From Mizuhopecten yessoensis (Eukaryota), in the NCBI RefSeq assembly GCF_002113885.1, contig NW_018407189.1, positions 111,720 to 175,719 on the forward strand: DNA of 64,000 bases. Direction: 5' to 3'. This document shows, one piece after another, positions 12,901 through 27,900 of the stretch (positions are counted from its first letter, which is position 1; every line of letters begins with the position of its first letter). A program made the position numbers and the translations under genes. The notes under the pieces were generated by a model, which worked only from the letters and a program-made list of their open reading frames with translations, did no database searches and was not told where the DNA came from.

Positions 12901-15900
12901 TACGGTACTAGGACCACTCCTTTTCCTCTGCCACATAAATGACCTACCAGACTCAGTCAAATCACAAGTACGCCTTTCCGCCGACGACTGCCTTTTGTAT
13001 CGACAAATCAAAACATTCAATGACCATAACATCCTCCAAAATGACCTACAAAACCTTGAAGAATGGGCAGATAAATGGAGCATAAAAGTTAATGCCAAAA
13101 AATGCTACATCATGTCAATTTAGAAAAAGTCATCAAAATTCTACAGTCTGAATAACCACATTTTGGAAGAGGTACAAAACAATCCATACCAAGGACTCTA
13201 GATATCAAACAACCTAAAATGGAGTACTCATATAAGCAACATCGCAAGGAAAGCGAGCTCAACTTAAGGCTTTCTGAGAAGAAATTTAAAACACTGCCCA
13301 AAAGAGTGCAAGAAAACAGCATATATATCACTTGTTAGATCAAGTCTGAACTATGGCAGTATTATTTGGGACCCTCATCTAAAATCAGACATTGAAAAAC
13401 TAGAGAGAATACAAAGCTCGCCTAATTACTGGAAATTACAAAAGTCGGGAGGAAGGATGTGTCACAGAAATGCTACAACACCTAAAACTGCCAACCCTAC
13501 AAAACAGAAGGAAATCACAGCGACTAGTATTCATGTACAAAATAGAAGAGGGGTTAATACCAGCCCTACCGCCAAATCAGATAATCCAGCACTCTGGAAG
13601 GACGCGAAAAACAAACACAAAGCGTTATCAGAACTATGAAACATCAGCAACAGTAAACAGGAACATTGTCAACAACTCAAGTCCATTCAGGATACAAACA
13701 GGAAGCATACAAGAACTCCTTCTTCATCAAAACACCGCTTGAGTGGAACCAACTGGATGATATAGTAGTGTGCGCAGAAGGCGTAGAGGGATTTAGATCA
13801 GCCATTTCAAAAAAACACCCAAGATAAGTAACATGTTCTCTCTCTCCCGTCGTGTCACGCCATCATTGGTAATTACGACGTATCCAATGTAAATGTAAAT
13901 AACTCTTAGGACCCTCACCTAAGTAAGGGGTAGAATGGTTTATATTCATATTGTTGTGTATGTCTCACATTGTTACTGTTCGTGTAAAAATACAACATCA
14001 ACCTTGAAGTTTCCTGGTGATTATGGATATTATTTACCTGTTTGAAAGTCTTGAACAAATCCTTTTTTGAAGCAGCGCCTTGCATGGTGTCGGCAAGAAT
14101 AGCCTTCGCAAGAGACTTGGAACTTCCTGGTTTACCGACAAGAAACAGAGGTATTCGCAGCTCGATGCATACTGTCATCATGAAAACGTTTTCATTGAGG
14201 GCTTGGTTTCTTGCAATATTTGGTCCTATTGTGGCTTCGTCCAAAATGATTTCTTGACATCTGGTATCAAAAAGAAAAACCCGCTTAAATTTGCCATTTC
14301 GCGAAATAATGTGTCTTTGAAAACGAATAATAATAATACCGCTTTATCACAACCTAGTTCGTAGGTCATTTCAAAGCGGTTTACAAATTCATTTATAGGG
14401 CTTTTGAAACCAGCCAACATCGTTTTCAAATTCCTTCGGAGCATACAGCTGGTGTTGCCATTTCGACGCTCACAGCTAGCATTAAACTCTTTTACAGCTG
14501 AGTAGACTGGAACAAGCGGAGTCAATTATTTTGCTCAAAGGTACAACACAGTGCCATATGTCAACATTCACAACTCAGCAAGTAAAGGGTGCAATGAAAC
14601 CTCTTGCTATCGCATTAAAAATTGAAACTGTCAACCATGAACTCAGTAATTTAAATGAACTTTGTCGTGTTCCCAAGTAAACATGCATAGATAAATTTAC
14701 CATAGAGGTAGTGTCTATTTACTAATTATAGAACTTAAATGAACTTTATTTTTATGACATTATTAATAAAAAAAAAACTTACATCCGTATTTCCTGTTCA
14801 AATCTGCCGGCTCCTCCAGGCAATAAACAGTTACCTCTAAACGTTGCGGAAATGTGCTTTATGTATTTATCTTTATCTTTCAACGCAGAAAGATAGCACA
14901 CACCTAATGCCAGTACAAGAGCTCTCGTCTTTGTCCCAATACTATCAAAAGCCGGATTGCCCTTGTTTGTCATCTGTTAAATAGAAAACACACTGTAATA
15001 TTTGATTTGAATAAACATATGCTTAGATATATATCACCATGCCCTTTTAGAACAAAACATGACGTCAATCTACGAACGGATGACTAACGACCTTTATTAA
15101 GGTCTGGCGGTAGAAATGCATATTACCTGACATCACGAATAAATCACAACAAACTGTAAGCGTTACTACAAAAAATTATTCGTGCGATTTCGCTCACATG
15201 TTATTTATTGATCGTACACTTGTTACCTTAAAGTGGACTTAAGTAAAGGTACAAAAATCAGTAACTGTGACTCTAAGTCATTCAAAATAACCTGTTGAAA
15301 GATTTAAACATATATGACCCCTTTGACCTTTGACTTGTTACATTTGACCATATGTGACCTTGAAATAAACAGACTTGATAGTTTTCCATCTGAGGAAGCT
15401 GCTGTCCAAATATCACCATCCTATGGATTTCAGTTAGTCAGAAGTTGTTTAAATGTTTTCAACACATATGACCCATGTGGCCTCGGGTATCGATGAAGGC
15501 CATTCATTCGGACAATGAACCTCGTATCTCTTAATCTTAGCATATAACTGACAACATATATCCTTGACCTTTCGGTAATTCAGATGAAATATTGCAATAC
15601 CCTTCACCCCTGTGACCTTGACTATAGATGAAGATTACTCATTTGACGAACTTGGTCACCCTTCATCCATGTATGCTAAGCAGTTGGTTTGAGTAAAAAG
15701 TTGACGCGGCAACACGGCATAAACCCACTTGGTTCTTCGGGCTTAAGTTTAAGTAGTACGTACGGGATAGAAATTCATGCATATAAATTGATGCTTGCTG
15801 GACAGATTATAAATATTTTCATTTACATAACACATACCCTTTCCTCCATAGCTCTCAAGAGTGTGCCCTGATTTATAAACCAGGACATGACCTGAAGTGT

Positions 15901-18900
15901 TCGCTGAACGTCTCGCAGGCTTACAAAACTGCACTCATCCTATATAAAGAAAAACAGATAAGTGTCAATTTTGTTTGAATATTATCGAAGCAATCCCTAA
16001 CAGGTTTCCCACATCACATTCCCACATTTTTAGTACCCATGCAATAATTAACAATTTGACACAGTTTAGTAGTCATACACTAGTACACAAAAATAAATAA
16101 CTATTCCACTCAGTAATTCCATTTTACGTCTGATTTTTTACCGGGGAACTTATGTGAACTACAATGTCTGATCCACGCAACCAAAGTAATCATGTTCGGT
16201 ATGATTTCAATATTTCTAACTTATAAAGAAGCATTGATCAGTTCACATTAAAGCAATATTAGATGGCCATGCCATGCGTGTATCGGTAAGATATAGTGCA
16301 GTTGGCATAAAAAACACACATAATTTAAAATCAGAAGCTACTGCTATAATGACCAAACTATTTATAAACCTCTTGAGCCCGCATATAGGACTGCGATGCG
16401 AGTAAAATGGAAACAACCACTGTGTCTTCTTGTTTAGATGCAGCAAGGGCACTAATACGTCGAATTTGGCTGGCAGTCTGGAAGACATGATTTGTATAGA
16501 TAAATTACATATTATAGTAATAAACAATATTTCTTGAATTTGATGGAGGAATAGTCCAACAAACAATTATTAATCCGCTGAAGGTCTACTCAGCCCTTTG
16601 CTGATTTGCCTTGCATTATTATGAAAATATTATACAATGAAAATTACAGAAAGAAGATACGTTGCTTGCCCGATATTTAGTGATAGCCATAACATCACTC
16701 TTACATTCGCTCTTCCAGAAATCTGCAAAGGTGTTTGCTTGGCAACCATTTGTGTGATGTACTGTCTCTCCATATCTTGATTCAGCTGACCAAAGTCCCA
16801 GACCAGAGGTAGCATGCTGTGAGGTAGGGGATGTACTCGGTAAACAAGATGGCGCATAGGAATGTGTCCTTAAATAGATTGATAATAAAAGGGGTAAATA
16901 AAATAATATATCTCTATATTTTTGTTTATACCACCCTCTTCTCAAATCTCCTGTAAACGATTTGGAAGTAACGCTCTGCAAATCCGTTTTACTTGATATG
17001 AAATTGTTTTTCTTTTCATTTTCGGTTATGTTTCTTTTTAATTTATTTTTGGGGCGAATATTTTGCAAAGGGCAATAATTTTGACGAGTTGCTATGGTAG
17101 ACGACATTTCCGGTACATATTTGTAATGGTATTCGCGCGAGGTTTTTCCTTTATTAACTTTAGCCCTGATAATAATTTGTATTAAAAACCATCACACTAG
17201 AACTGTTTTTATCCAGTTTATCCAGATACTGTCACATTATCCCACGGTTTCATATTTGACCTCTGTTTACTACCTGGTCAAGAGGGAGCGACCCTGTCCA
17301 TCATTTTGACCAGCAGCGACCTCACGTCTCTCGCAGGGTTTTTTTCCGCGCCGTGCTTACACGAGCAACTATGGCTATAAATCACCTGACTTTTATTCAG
17401 TTTTTTATTAATTCATTTACAATGTTTTTCGGAATCAGTCAAATAGTTTCGAAAATTACAATAAGTCTGGGGGAAAAAAGTAGAAAAAAATGATCTCCAA
17501 AATGTACGACATAATCGGGTACCTATTGTATGCATTTACAATTTTATTTAGTTGTCAGGATATTATTTTTTATCAGAAGATTGACAAACGTATGAGAATG
17601 TGGTAGGTTTGCTTACTTTGTTCATATACCGCGATTATGTAAGGTTAGCTATTTATATGTAAAATAACAAATCTTATCCATTTTAAAAATTAACATATCA
17701 ACAAAGAGATATCTCACCGAGTTTGTCGGTCGTCTCGTCTTGTTTGACATGGTAACCCAGACCCGCTTTTTCCAGCCTTTTGATCATGTCCGCGGAGTGT
17801 CTGTAAATAAAGATGCATCCATCAGATATACCAAATCTCTAGAATTAATACAAAAAATCCAAGTATTTGGATAAGATATTTGCATCAAACAAGCTTCGTT
17901 TTCATTCGCTTGAGAGCGTTAAGGAAACGTTTCCGCATGTGTAGTCTGAAATAGCTGTTTCATATAGGATACCGGCATCATTCAATATATATAATGCATT
18001 GTTGTCATGACACAATAAATAAAATGCTAAAATTAAGAATCGATGAGCATTTCATTTAAAATATATTCCGTCCTTTTTCATAGGTAGGGGAAAGCGTAAA
18101 ATGAGTTTGTATCTGTCTTATAGAAACTTTCTTCTGGCATTTTTTTTTTTTTTTTTGATATTCTGCATTGATACTCCCTCGCCAGCAACATTGGTAAAAT
18201 ATAGGATCTGCAGAGGACGAGTTCCACATTTCACTCTTTGAACTTTTGTTTCCTGTGAATTTTCATTTGTTTCCAAATACCAAAATTTATCCAAAACATC
18301 TGTAATTCTAAAGAAAAATCTTACTTCTTTAATATCGACTATATCCATATTGAAAACGGCTTAAGTAAATATATCTTAATATTGAGTATGGTCAAAATAT
18401 ATCTCAACATGGTAGACCGCCTTAAATAACGGGGAATATATAGAAGACATGTATACTACACGTTTATTGGTGTTCAACTCACTTTCTGTAAGGATTACAA
18501 GCTGCTATAAACTTGAGATTTTCTGTCACGACTAATTTCTTTCCGTTCATTGTCTGGTCACAGATAATTTCTTTAATAAAGCTGATTGCTTCTGTCGTGT
18601 TAGCTTCATCAAAGAATAGAACCGTGAGGAACCCAGATCCATATTTCTTCTTGTTTTCTTCGGCAATTTGATCTGCTTTTTGTACTGTTTTGATGATATC
18701 GAATTTAGTAGTTCCGCCGTGCACCTGGAAATCAAGTAAGGTGGAGAAAGCAGGCTAGTTAAATAATTAACATAATATTATTAATGACAAAAATACAACA
18801 ATTGATCAATAAGTAATGATTAAAAAAGTTTAAGATTGCAAGAGTCTTATTCAAGCAGGGAGTTTCTCTCGTATGAACAAAAAGTAGAGACGATACAAAA

Positions 18901-21900
18901 ATATTACATGTCATATATCATAGAAAATTGGAGAGAAATAATAAAGAATGAAAAAGGAAATAATACCATAGATATAGATATCTTTATTTCCTCCATTATC
19001 ATGACAATCAAACATTGAGAGTTAGCTCACTTTAAGAGTTATCGTTTACAGCAGTTATATTGTAGTCATTACTGCAGGCATTCGGCCTAACAGCTAACCA
19101 CAGAGTCGTTTAACTAAACTTTTGGTCAAAGCAGCAATGCTGACGCTGTTTTTAAGCATGAAGTGATCCCATGCATCCTCTTCTATTTTTGCCATTTCAG
19201 TGTCCTCCAGTTCAGACAACCAATATAGTTCATTGTACCTAATATGTTTACCACGTTGTCAAATATAGAATCTCTCATCTCGTATAGTTTGCCACACTGT
19301 ATTAAAAAATGTACGATGGCATTGCTTCCTTGCTGTCCACACAATTTACATGTAACTATATCAGAAATGATAACTTAATCATTTCTGCTTGTTTCCAAAT
19401 ATAAGGCGGATATTTTACGCCTAGACCCATAGTGGATGTAACGTCAACTTCGTTTGTATGTCTGAATAGATGCAGATTTTATCCCGTTCACTTAGTTAAA
19501 TCCTCCATTTCTTATCTTGGTAGTAGTAGATAACATTTGTTACGAAATTTCTCCAACTTGTTTTTCCAATGATGTCTCTATAATAAAAAAAAAATCATTG
19601 AAGAGGCTGTGAAAGTTGTACTTTTCATGAATTCTCAAAATATCTGGAATAAAGCCTTAAACTACATTTTTTCCATATATATATTGCATCTCCTCTGTTC
19701 AGACGATTCCAAAAAAATCCATTTACACTTGTCCACATATGCCTGGATTTCCAATAGACCTAATGGAGAAATTGTAACACATGAAGGTGAGTCATATTCG
19801 AATCCTCGACATCTTCTTGCTACTTTTCCATCGAGTATTTCAATATATCTCCATGTTGCTGACAGACGAATATTGTTCCAAAGTTCGCATCCGTACGTCA
19901 GTGACGGAAGTAAAATATTATTCAAAATAGTAACACAAAGCGCTGGAGACATTCCGTTGTTTTTTTATTCCTAATCCTATCACTTTTAAACCTTTTCCAT
20001 CTGTATTAAAATGCATTCACCACTTGCCGACGATGACGTCATAAGCAGACCAGCATAGACAACGCTGTCCTTGTACTGTATTAGACTGACGAGTCCAAGA
20101 TAGAAGGACTACTAAGTATCTATGTACTATATCCAGAGTACATTGAAGATGAGAAGCACACGCTGCAGAAACGAGAGTATCATCGGCAAGGAACAGACCC
20201 GGTATGTGGATATCACCTATGCGAAGTCTATGCATGGCAAGGTCAAGTTATATGGCAAGATCATTTATCATTACTAACAATAGCCAGGTAGATAGTACTC
20301 GGCCTTGACCGACGCCTTGCATAACGTCATACGGTTCTGATAAGTATTCTTTAAAAAGCACACGCGAGGTTACTGTACTAAATGAGTCGCGGAGTAACCG
20401 CCATATCTTGCCAGGTGAACAGCTTGTAAAATAATCCATCAATCCAAACCAAGTCAAATGCCTACAACAATAATGCAACAAATACCTTGGATTCACGATC
20501 CATATAATGATATATACTTTCCTTCATAATAAAATCCGACGTTATGCTACCACAACCAGATCGAAAGCCTTGCTTAAGTTGTGTAGGAAACCTGATGCCT
20601 TCTGACTTTCGCAAAACCCTATTATATCGTGTTTTCGGATATTATTTGTAATACCGATGTCAGTGTAATGTCACGATAGCTATTAACATTCTTTTTATTT
20701 GTCTTGCCACCTTTATACAACGTTATCACAATCCTTTTTTTAAATGAATTTGATATCTCTCTTTCATGACAATGACATTAAATAATTTGGTTAAAAAATG
20801 AACAAGTTCTTCGGCTACATATTTGCAATCCGTGATTACAATACTGTCATGGCTAGGAGATTTCCCTGATTTCATATCCTTAACAGCGCGATTAACTTCA
20901 GTATTTGTGATGTTTTCGTCTCTGATTACACACGCAGTATCATCCATGTTACAACTATTCTCACGAGTTTGTGCTCTATGTGAGATTTAAACTCTTGGTC
21001 GAAATCAATACTATCATTCGGTTTCACCAGTCCTGCGTAATGATAATACCATACGCGGTGGAATTTTTCCGGGTCCCTCATGACTTTACCAACGACTATT
21101 AGCTAATGACAGGTTTCTTTGTTAGAACGACCTTTCCGAACGAATCTGTAAAATGTTCTAATATCTACACTTGCATTCTCTTGCAGATCTCGGAACTGGG
21201 CCTGTTCGTATGCTTCGCGCGCTCTTCGCTGCTCACGTCGGAAGTTGCACGTTGACAATTTATAGTTCTTGTAAGATGTCGCAGGATTATCCCGTGGTTT
21301 TCCATTAATTAACCACTCTCTTCGCTGTTTTCTCATTGTTGAGAGCAGTTCCTTAAGGTTACCATAATTCGAATATGGCTTTAGATGACTTTTAAAAGAC
21401 TTGTGCGGTAAATTTGTCATAGCTGCTCCAATAAGAATTTCGGTGCAAGCTTTCAAATATCCGTTTAGCACGTCTATGCAACAAATTTTAGATTCGAATT
21501 TCACTTTCTTGAGTCTGTTTAGCTGTTGGTCGTTAGCTTTCTTCCCATTAGTGGTGGTCAAAAAGGACTTTGGCTTTCGCAAAAAATGACAGAAGGGATA
21601 TGGTACTCAAATCTAACAGGAAAGTGGTCGGTCATATTATTTAACTCATCGTCCGTAACAGAACAAATTTCACCAGGTCAACCTTATGATACGGAACTAA
21701 AGCCTGGTCAATGAGCGATTTTAAATTACCGTTGCAAAACGTAAAATCTGGTCCAGCGGCCCAAGTTTGACTGTTAATTGAAACTAGCTGCCTCTCGGAT
21801 AATAACTTTCAAGAATATTACCTCTTGTGTTAGCATGCATGAGTTTGTGTTGCCATAGTCACGAGATAATGTCCCATTCATGCCTCCTAGAACGAAAACT

Positions 21901-24900
21901 GTTCCCTCCTCTGCATACTTATCATATAGTGACTCTAGTATTTCCATTGTATTCCGATACTTGTCAATACTAAGATATGTGGATATGTGAACGGCATGAG
22001 TACTCCCATCATATAGACGTCTGGTTGATCCACTAGACGAACACGTATCGCCAATATTCGATCATTCCCTTCTTCAACAAGTGGAACAATATCGAGATCT
22101 CGTCTCCAAATAAATGCTGTTCCTTCGTATACCCTCATACATGCCCTGTTTGCTAAATCCATTGGGATCCGTCTGTCTACTCGAGCATATGATATAAATT
22201 ATTTATCCACACTATTAAGGTATGCTGCATGTCATCGTCATCGCATTACTTCGCTTGAAGCTTAGTAATCCCTCAAATAGTATGCAATCACTGATCGTGA
22301 ATTTTAAAGAAACGCAAAACAACCTATATGCCATATTTAGAATTACGTTAATGTAACATTATACGATACATAACACGCAACGTCTTTAGAAAAGAGTTCG
22401 TATTCAATGAATAAAGTAAACGGTTTGTTCTTAACTGCAACTTAGCCTGATCTAATCAATTGAGCGTAATGTACGCTAAATTAATGTATTGTGTTCGACT
22501 GAGACAATTATTTGTTTTAAAATATCTTATCAAAATAGGTAAACGGAAATCAGCTTACTTATTTAAACAACGATATGCGGAACTGCACAGCGAAAATGAC
22601 AAAAACTATCTTGCTAGCGAGAGTAATGTACAATTTCAATAAATAGAAGAAATATCAAACATAAGTTTAAAATTAATTTTCAACAAACGTATTAATGAAT
22701 AAATGAATGACATTCAGAAAAAGATATCTGCTTTAAAATGATAAAGGAAAGAGACATTACCTTCATCAGAATCATGTTACGGACAACGTCGGTTGCAGGA
22801 CATTGTAGTTGACACATAAATTTTACGAGACTTGTCTTTCCACACCCCGTTTCTCCCATGATAATGACAGGTATGTTGCACCTGAAATAATTTGGTATTT
22901 TATTAACATTAATGCAGGTAAGCATGTATGTATACGTGGAACAATATCATCACATGTGAAGAAAACAAAATTTATTTATTCGCCACACAAGCAATCTTAT
23001 TCACCTAAAGTAAAGAAAACAGCACTATGTTAACGTTATAAGTTGATAACTTTATAATGTTAATATCCGAATTCACTGAAATCAAAAGGAAATTAGCACA
23101 TAATATTTATGAATTTTATTAAGTTGATTATACATTTAATACAATTTTTAAATGAATCGCCTACCGGAAACGCATATAAATTGCCAAAATTTTCTTCATA
23201 TTGTCCGAGGTCAGCTCGTAGCTAGCGTCGGGGTCACCATTTTCTTTTATTCCCATTACTCTGCGTAGTTTTTCGAGTCGTTGTGTTCTTCAATGAAAAT
23301 ATAGGCTGTTCATTTATAAGAGACAGAAGTTTCACAATTGAATTGATATGTATGTACCGTCATCATTGACATTCACCAAATAACCATTATAAACCTGACC
23401 ATAGAACGCGTCAAGTTACCATGACGTCGACAACAATACATGTAGGCGGAGCTATGCAAAATTCCGCGAATGAGACACAATGATGTGACGTCATCTACAG
23501 AAGAGGTGAGCGGAGTTAACCACAGCTTATGTACATTTCAGGTTGATGTTCATATTGAACTATTCACATTTTGATACGTTTTGTAAATGAAATTTGTGTC
23601 CACTGATCTGGCCAGTGAACAAGAGGCCCAGAGGGCCTGTATCGCTCACCTGGATATCTAAGCAATCATGGCAAAATATTCTCCAAATGAGATCCAAGGG
23701 AATATGCCAAACCCCAAGGCCAATCCTTATATATATATGTACTAGATTTTTCATGTCCAGCAATTTTACGTACGGTTAAGGGTTGGAGATATCAACTGTT
23801 TCCAAGCTGTGATCAATTCTAATATCATGACTGCATTTGTCTCTTTTTGTCCAGCATTTGCATATGTAGTTTTGGGGTGGGGATCTAAACCATTTCGAAG
23901 TTATGACCCAGTGGTTAAGTATCCAATGGTGGGGTAGTCCCCAAGGCCATCCTGGAAGCATATGTGCATTCATCTCTTTATATTCAGCAACTATATATAT
24001 GGTTATAGGGTGGGCATCTCAACTGTTTCCAAGCTGTGACCAAGAAGCTAGGTCCCTAGGGGTTCGGTCAGACCCCAGGGTCTATTCTTATATGGTTGAT
24101 ATCCATCTCTTAGCTCCAGAGAAGATGTCGCTTAAAGCAATATAGCCAAATATTCCTTTATGCATAGTTCTACAGAAGAAGTCGTTTGTAGCAATATAGC
24201 CAAATTACCCCCATTTTAGCCCCGTCCCTTAGCCCCCTGGGGGTCAGCCCAGTCCCACCCATTTGTACAATTGTGAATCCCCACCACCTAGGGGTGCTTC
24301 CAGTCAAATATGGTTGATATTCATCTCTCAGTTCCAGAGAAGAAGTCGCTTAAAGCAATAAAGCCAAATTGCCCCCTCTTAGCCCCGCCCCTCAGCCTCC
24401 AGGGGGGTCAGCCCAACCATTTGTACAGTTTTGAATCCCCACCACATAAGGATGCTTCCAGTCAAATTTAGTTAAATTCCAATCAGTGGTGAAGAAGAAG
24501 TCGTTTAAAGAAATTGTTGACGGACGGACGACGGACGACGGACGGACGGACGACGGACGCCACGGTATGGCGTAAGCTCACCTTGGTCCTCAGACCAGGT
24601 CAGCTAATAAATTATGTATAAACCATTTATTGAAAAAGACAAAGTAAAGTAAATGTATTGTAGATATCTTTTTTGCTTTCTATTCAATTTACACATGCTA
24701 AACATAAGTAACCATCTCATAACTTGACCAAAATAGAAAGTAATTCTTTTTAATTATTAAAATAAGTAACTCCAAGCTTAAATTAGAACTGAAATGCACC
24801 TTTTCAGGCAATATCTATGTGTAACTACCTTGAGTTATCGGTCCTTCACGTATGGATTATAAACTTTGGATTGATGTAAACATAATACATGAATCATCGA

Positions 24901-27900
24901 AAATATATCTATTATTAAAATAAAATAAAGATGAAATCGGTATAAAAAGCAGAGAACATTTCAAAACAAAACACACTTAAAAGCATCGGATGAATTATGT
25001 TGATATACTATATTTAAAATTGTTTTAAAATCTATTTGGACACCCAATATATATTTTATGGTATTATGTTTATGTATTAGTATCTGAAGTTGTATGATAT
25101 ATGTTCTGCATTAAGATCAGATTTTGATAATCAAGAAAGTATGCTGTAATCTAAACAAATCATTATTTAAAGTGTTTTCTTAAAGCAAAAATTTGTAAAT
25201 TGTGTGCGTGTTTCGCATATACAAGAATGCAAAGTAAGGAATCAACTAAAACTATATGTAACCTTTCATTATATAGGGTTATATTTGTTTTATTTTACAA
25301 AATGATGTTTGTAACAACCAATCATCCTGCAATCAGTATGATTTATTTATTTAAGGATTAACTTCGCGTTTTATGATAAGAATACACTACGGATTTTTTT
25401 GTTATAGCTCCATAACATAAAACATGTATTTAAGTTAATCCTTATAATTTTATCTACTTTACACAATCCCTCTGGAAATCCAAATCACAAATATCAATGC
25501 TTTTTCATCTAGAAATACTTACCTTGGGAGATCAGCAATGTTTTCATCGAGTGGAACGCGTTGTCTGATTAAGGAATCGTATAAGGCTTTGTGCATGATA
25601 CCTTGTACCAAAATAGTTCCATTACTGCCTTTCTGGTTGTCGACTAAATCATACAGATCATGTTGTCCTTTCCGTAGATTGAATCCAAGGAATGTGACAG
25701 TATTTTTGTCTTCGTTGAAAAACAGATATGGATGAGGACTGTTGTAAAATCGAAAAACAAGAGGCATAATGGGTCTGCAAATATCATCGACGTAAGCCTC
25801 TGGAATATACAGGAGAAATCATTGAAATTTTAGCACATTTGACCTCCGTGACCTTGCATTTCAGGAAAGGTCATTAATAATTTGAAAATAAAATATAGAC
25901 CTCGTTTCTATCATGCTACTGGTATCAGTATCAAGTTTAAGACTCTTTTGGTCATAAACTTTTACTGGCAACTCTTGGCCACACAAATGTAGATTTTGTT
26001 ACAGAGCCAATGTATAAATGCTACACTTAAAATACCGTGGTACTGTAATGAAGGTAAAAAAAAGACATCGAAAGGAATTGTGTAAGTCAGCATGATCATA
26101 ATCGATATGGCTGCAGTGATGGCACAGAAACAACAAGTTGATAAATAGATATGATTATATCTTAAAAATGTTTATATCAGTTCATAGATGAACATGTTAT
26201 ATCGCAGTGCTTATTTTGTTAAAGTCACAACTGATACAATATGAGGCATACGTAGTACGTTTGCTCCTCAGTGTGAGCAGTAACATATATAAAATTAAAT
26301 GTAGTTTAAAAGATTTAGCTAATACACTGAAATATTTCTTCAGCATACTCAAATCAGTCACAATTTTGCATTAAGTGCTGATCGGGACTTTACTCCTTCC
26401 AGATGATTATAATTATTTAAATTTTGCTTTACGTCAATGATTAAATATTTACTCTTTTTATCATTAATAGAAATCGTTTCTTTTTATAACGTTACCTCGT
26501 TTCCCATCTTCGTTTCATTTGAAATGGCTGCAAGCCATCTTGATTCGCGTTTTGTTGTCGTTCTACTTGTTCAAATGATTCTTCACTCATGTGCAGGGAT
26601 CGCGTTGCAAAATCCTTTAAACAGTATAAATCAAGATATTAAACTGATACTAAGTTAGTAAAACAACATGCCGACAAAGCACTCATTCATATTTAAGGGT
26701 CGATACAGACAAAAGCAATAAGAGCGGAACGAAATATTTTAGCATATCGAAAACTAAAGCAATCAAAATCACACTGAAATAGCATATAATCACGTAAGAC
26801 ATCTTAAAATATCGGTATGTGTTCTCTTTCATATCAATCATTCATGTAACTTACCTGTGACATTTGAATCATGAATCGTTTAACGAAGTTTGCAAATCCA
26901 GGTAAGTCAGGCTCAACCATAGGGTCACAAAAAATTGATTTTTTGTAATCTGTCAACTGGACGTGCAAAAACGACACAAACTGCTTCAACTCTGCCCAAG
27001 AGGGATCTCCAACGCCGCAATTCCTGTAAAACAGCCAAGAAGAAAAGGACGGTATATTGTGAATAAAGTGAAACAATGCCACATAATCAAAACCATGATC
27101 ATGGGCATCAAACTTTCATGGCAATATCAATATTTCCTCTATCATAAAGCCTCGACGATGAAATAAAAAGGGTTGTTAATATTTCTCGGCTAAGCGATTT
27201 GTTGCCGAAGGTCGTGAGTTGGAAGCCAATAATCAATACATATTATCCATGATTAAACAGACCACAACAGTTATCAAGTGCCAAATCACCTTACTTGAAA
27301 TGGAAAGGGGATAATATTCGGTAAGACAATATCTGCATATTTGAAAATGTGTTTGACTAGCTCGTGAATATATCAACAAAAGGCCAAGAGGGCCTTATCG
27401 CTCACCTGGATATCAAAGCAATCATGACAAAATATTCTCCAAATGAGATCCAAGGGAATATGGCAGACCCCAAGGCAAATCCTTGTAGCATATCTGTATA
27501 AAATTGTTAATGCCCAGCAATTTTATGTATGGTTATGGGGTGGGAATCTCAACTGCTTCCAAGCTGTGACTAGGTCCCTAGGGGTTCAATCAGACCACAG
27601 GGTCTATTATAATATCATGACTGCATTTGTCTCTTTTTATGCCCAGCATTTGTATATATAGTTTTAGGGAGGGGATCTCAAACGTTTCAAAGTTATAACC
27701 CAGGGACTATGTCTCCAAGGGTAGGGCCATACCATAGGCCTAGGGCCATTCTGGAAGCAAATGTGCATTCTTCTATTTATACTCAGCAATTGTACATAAA
27801 GTCATACGGTGGGGATCTCTACCATTTCCAAGTAATTATTTTTTTGGCCCACCCCTTAGCCCGGGGGTTTAGCCCCACCATTTGTACAATTATGAATCCC

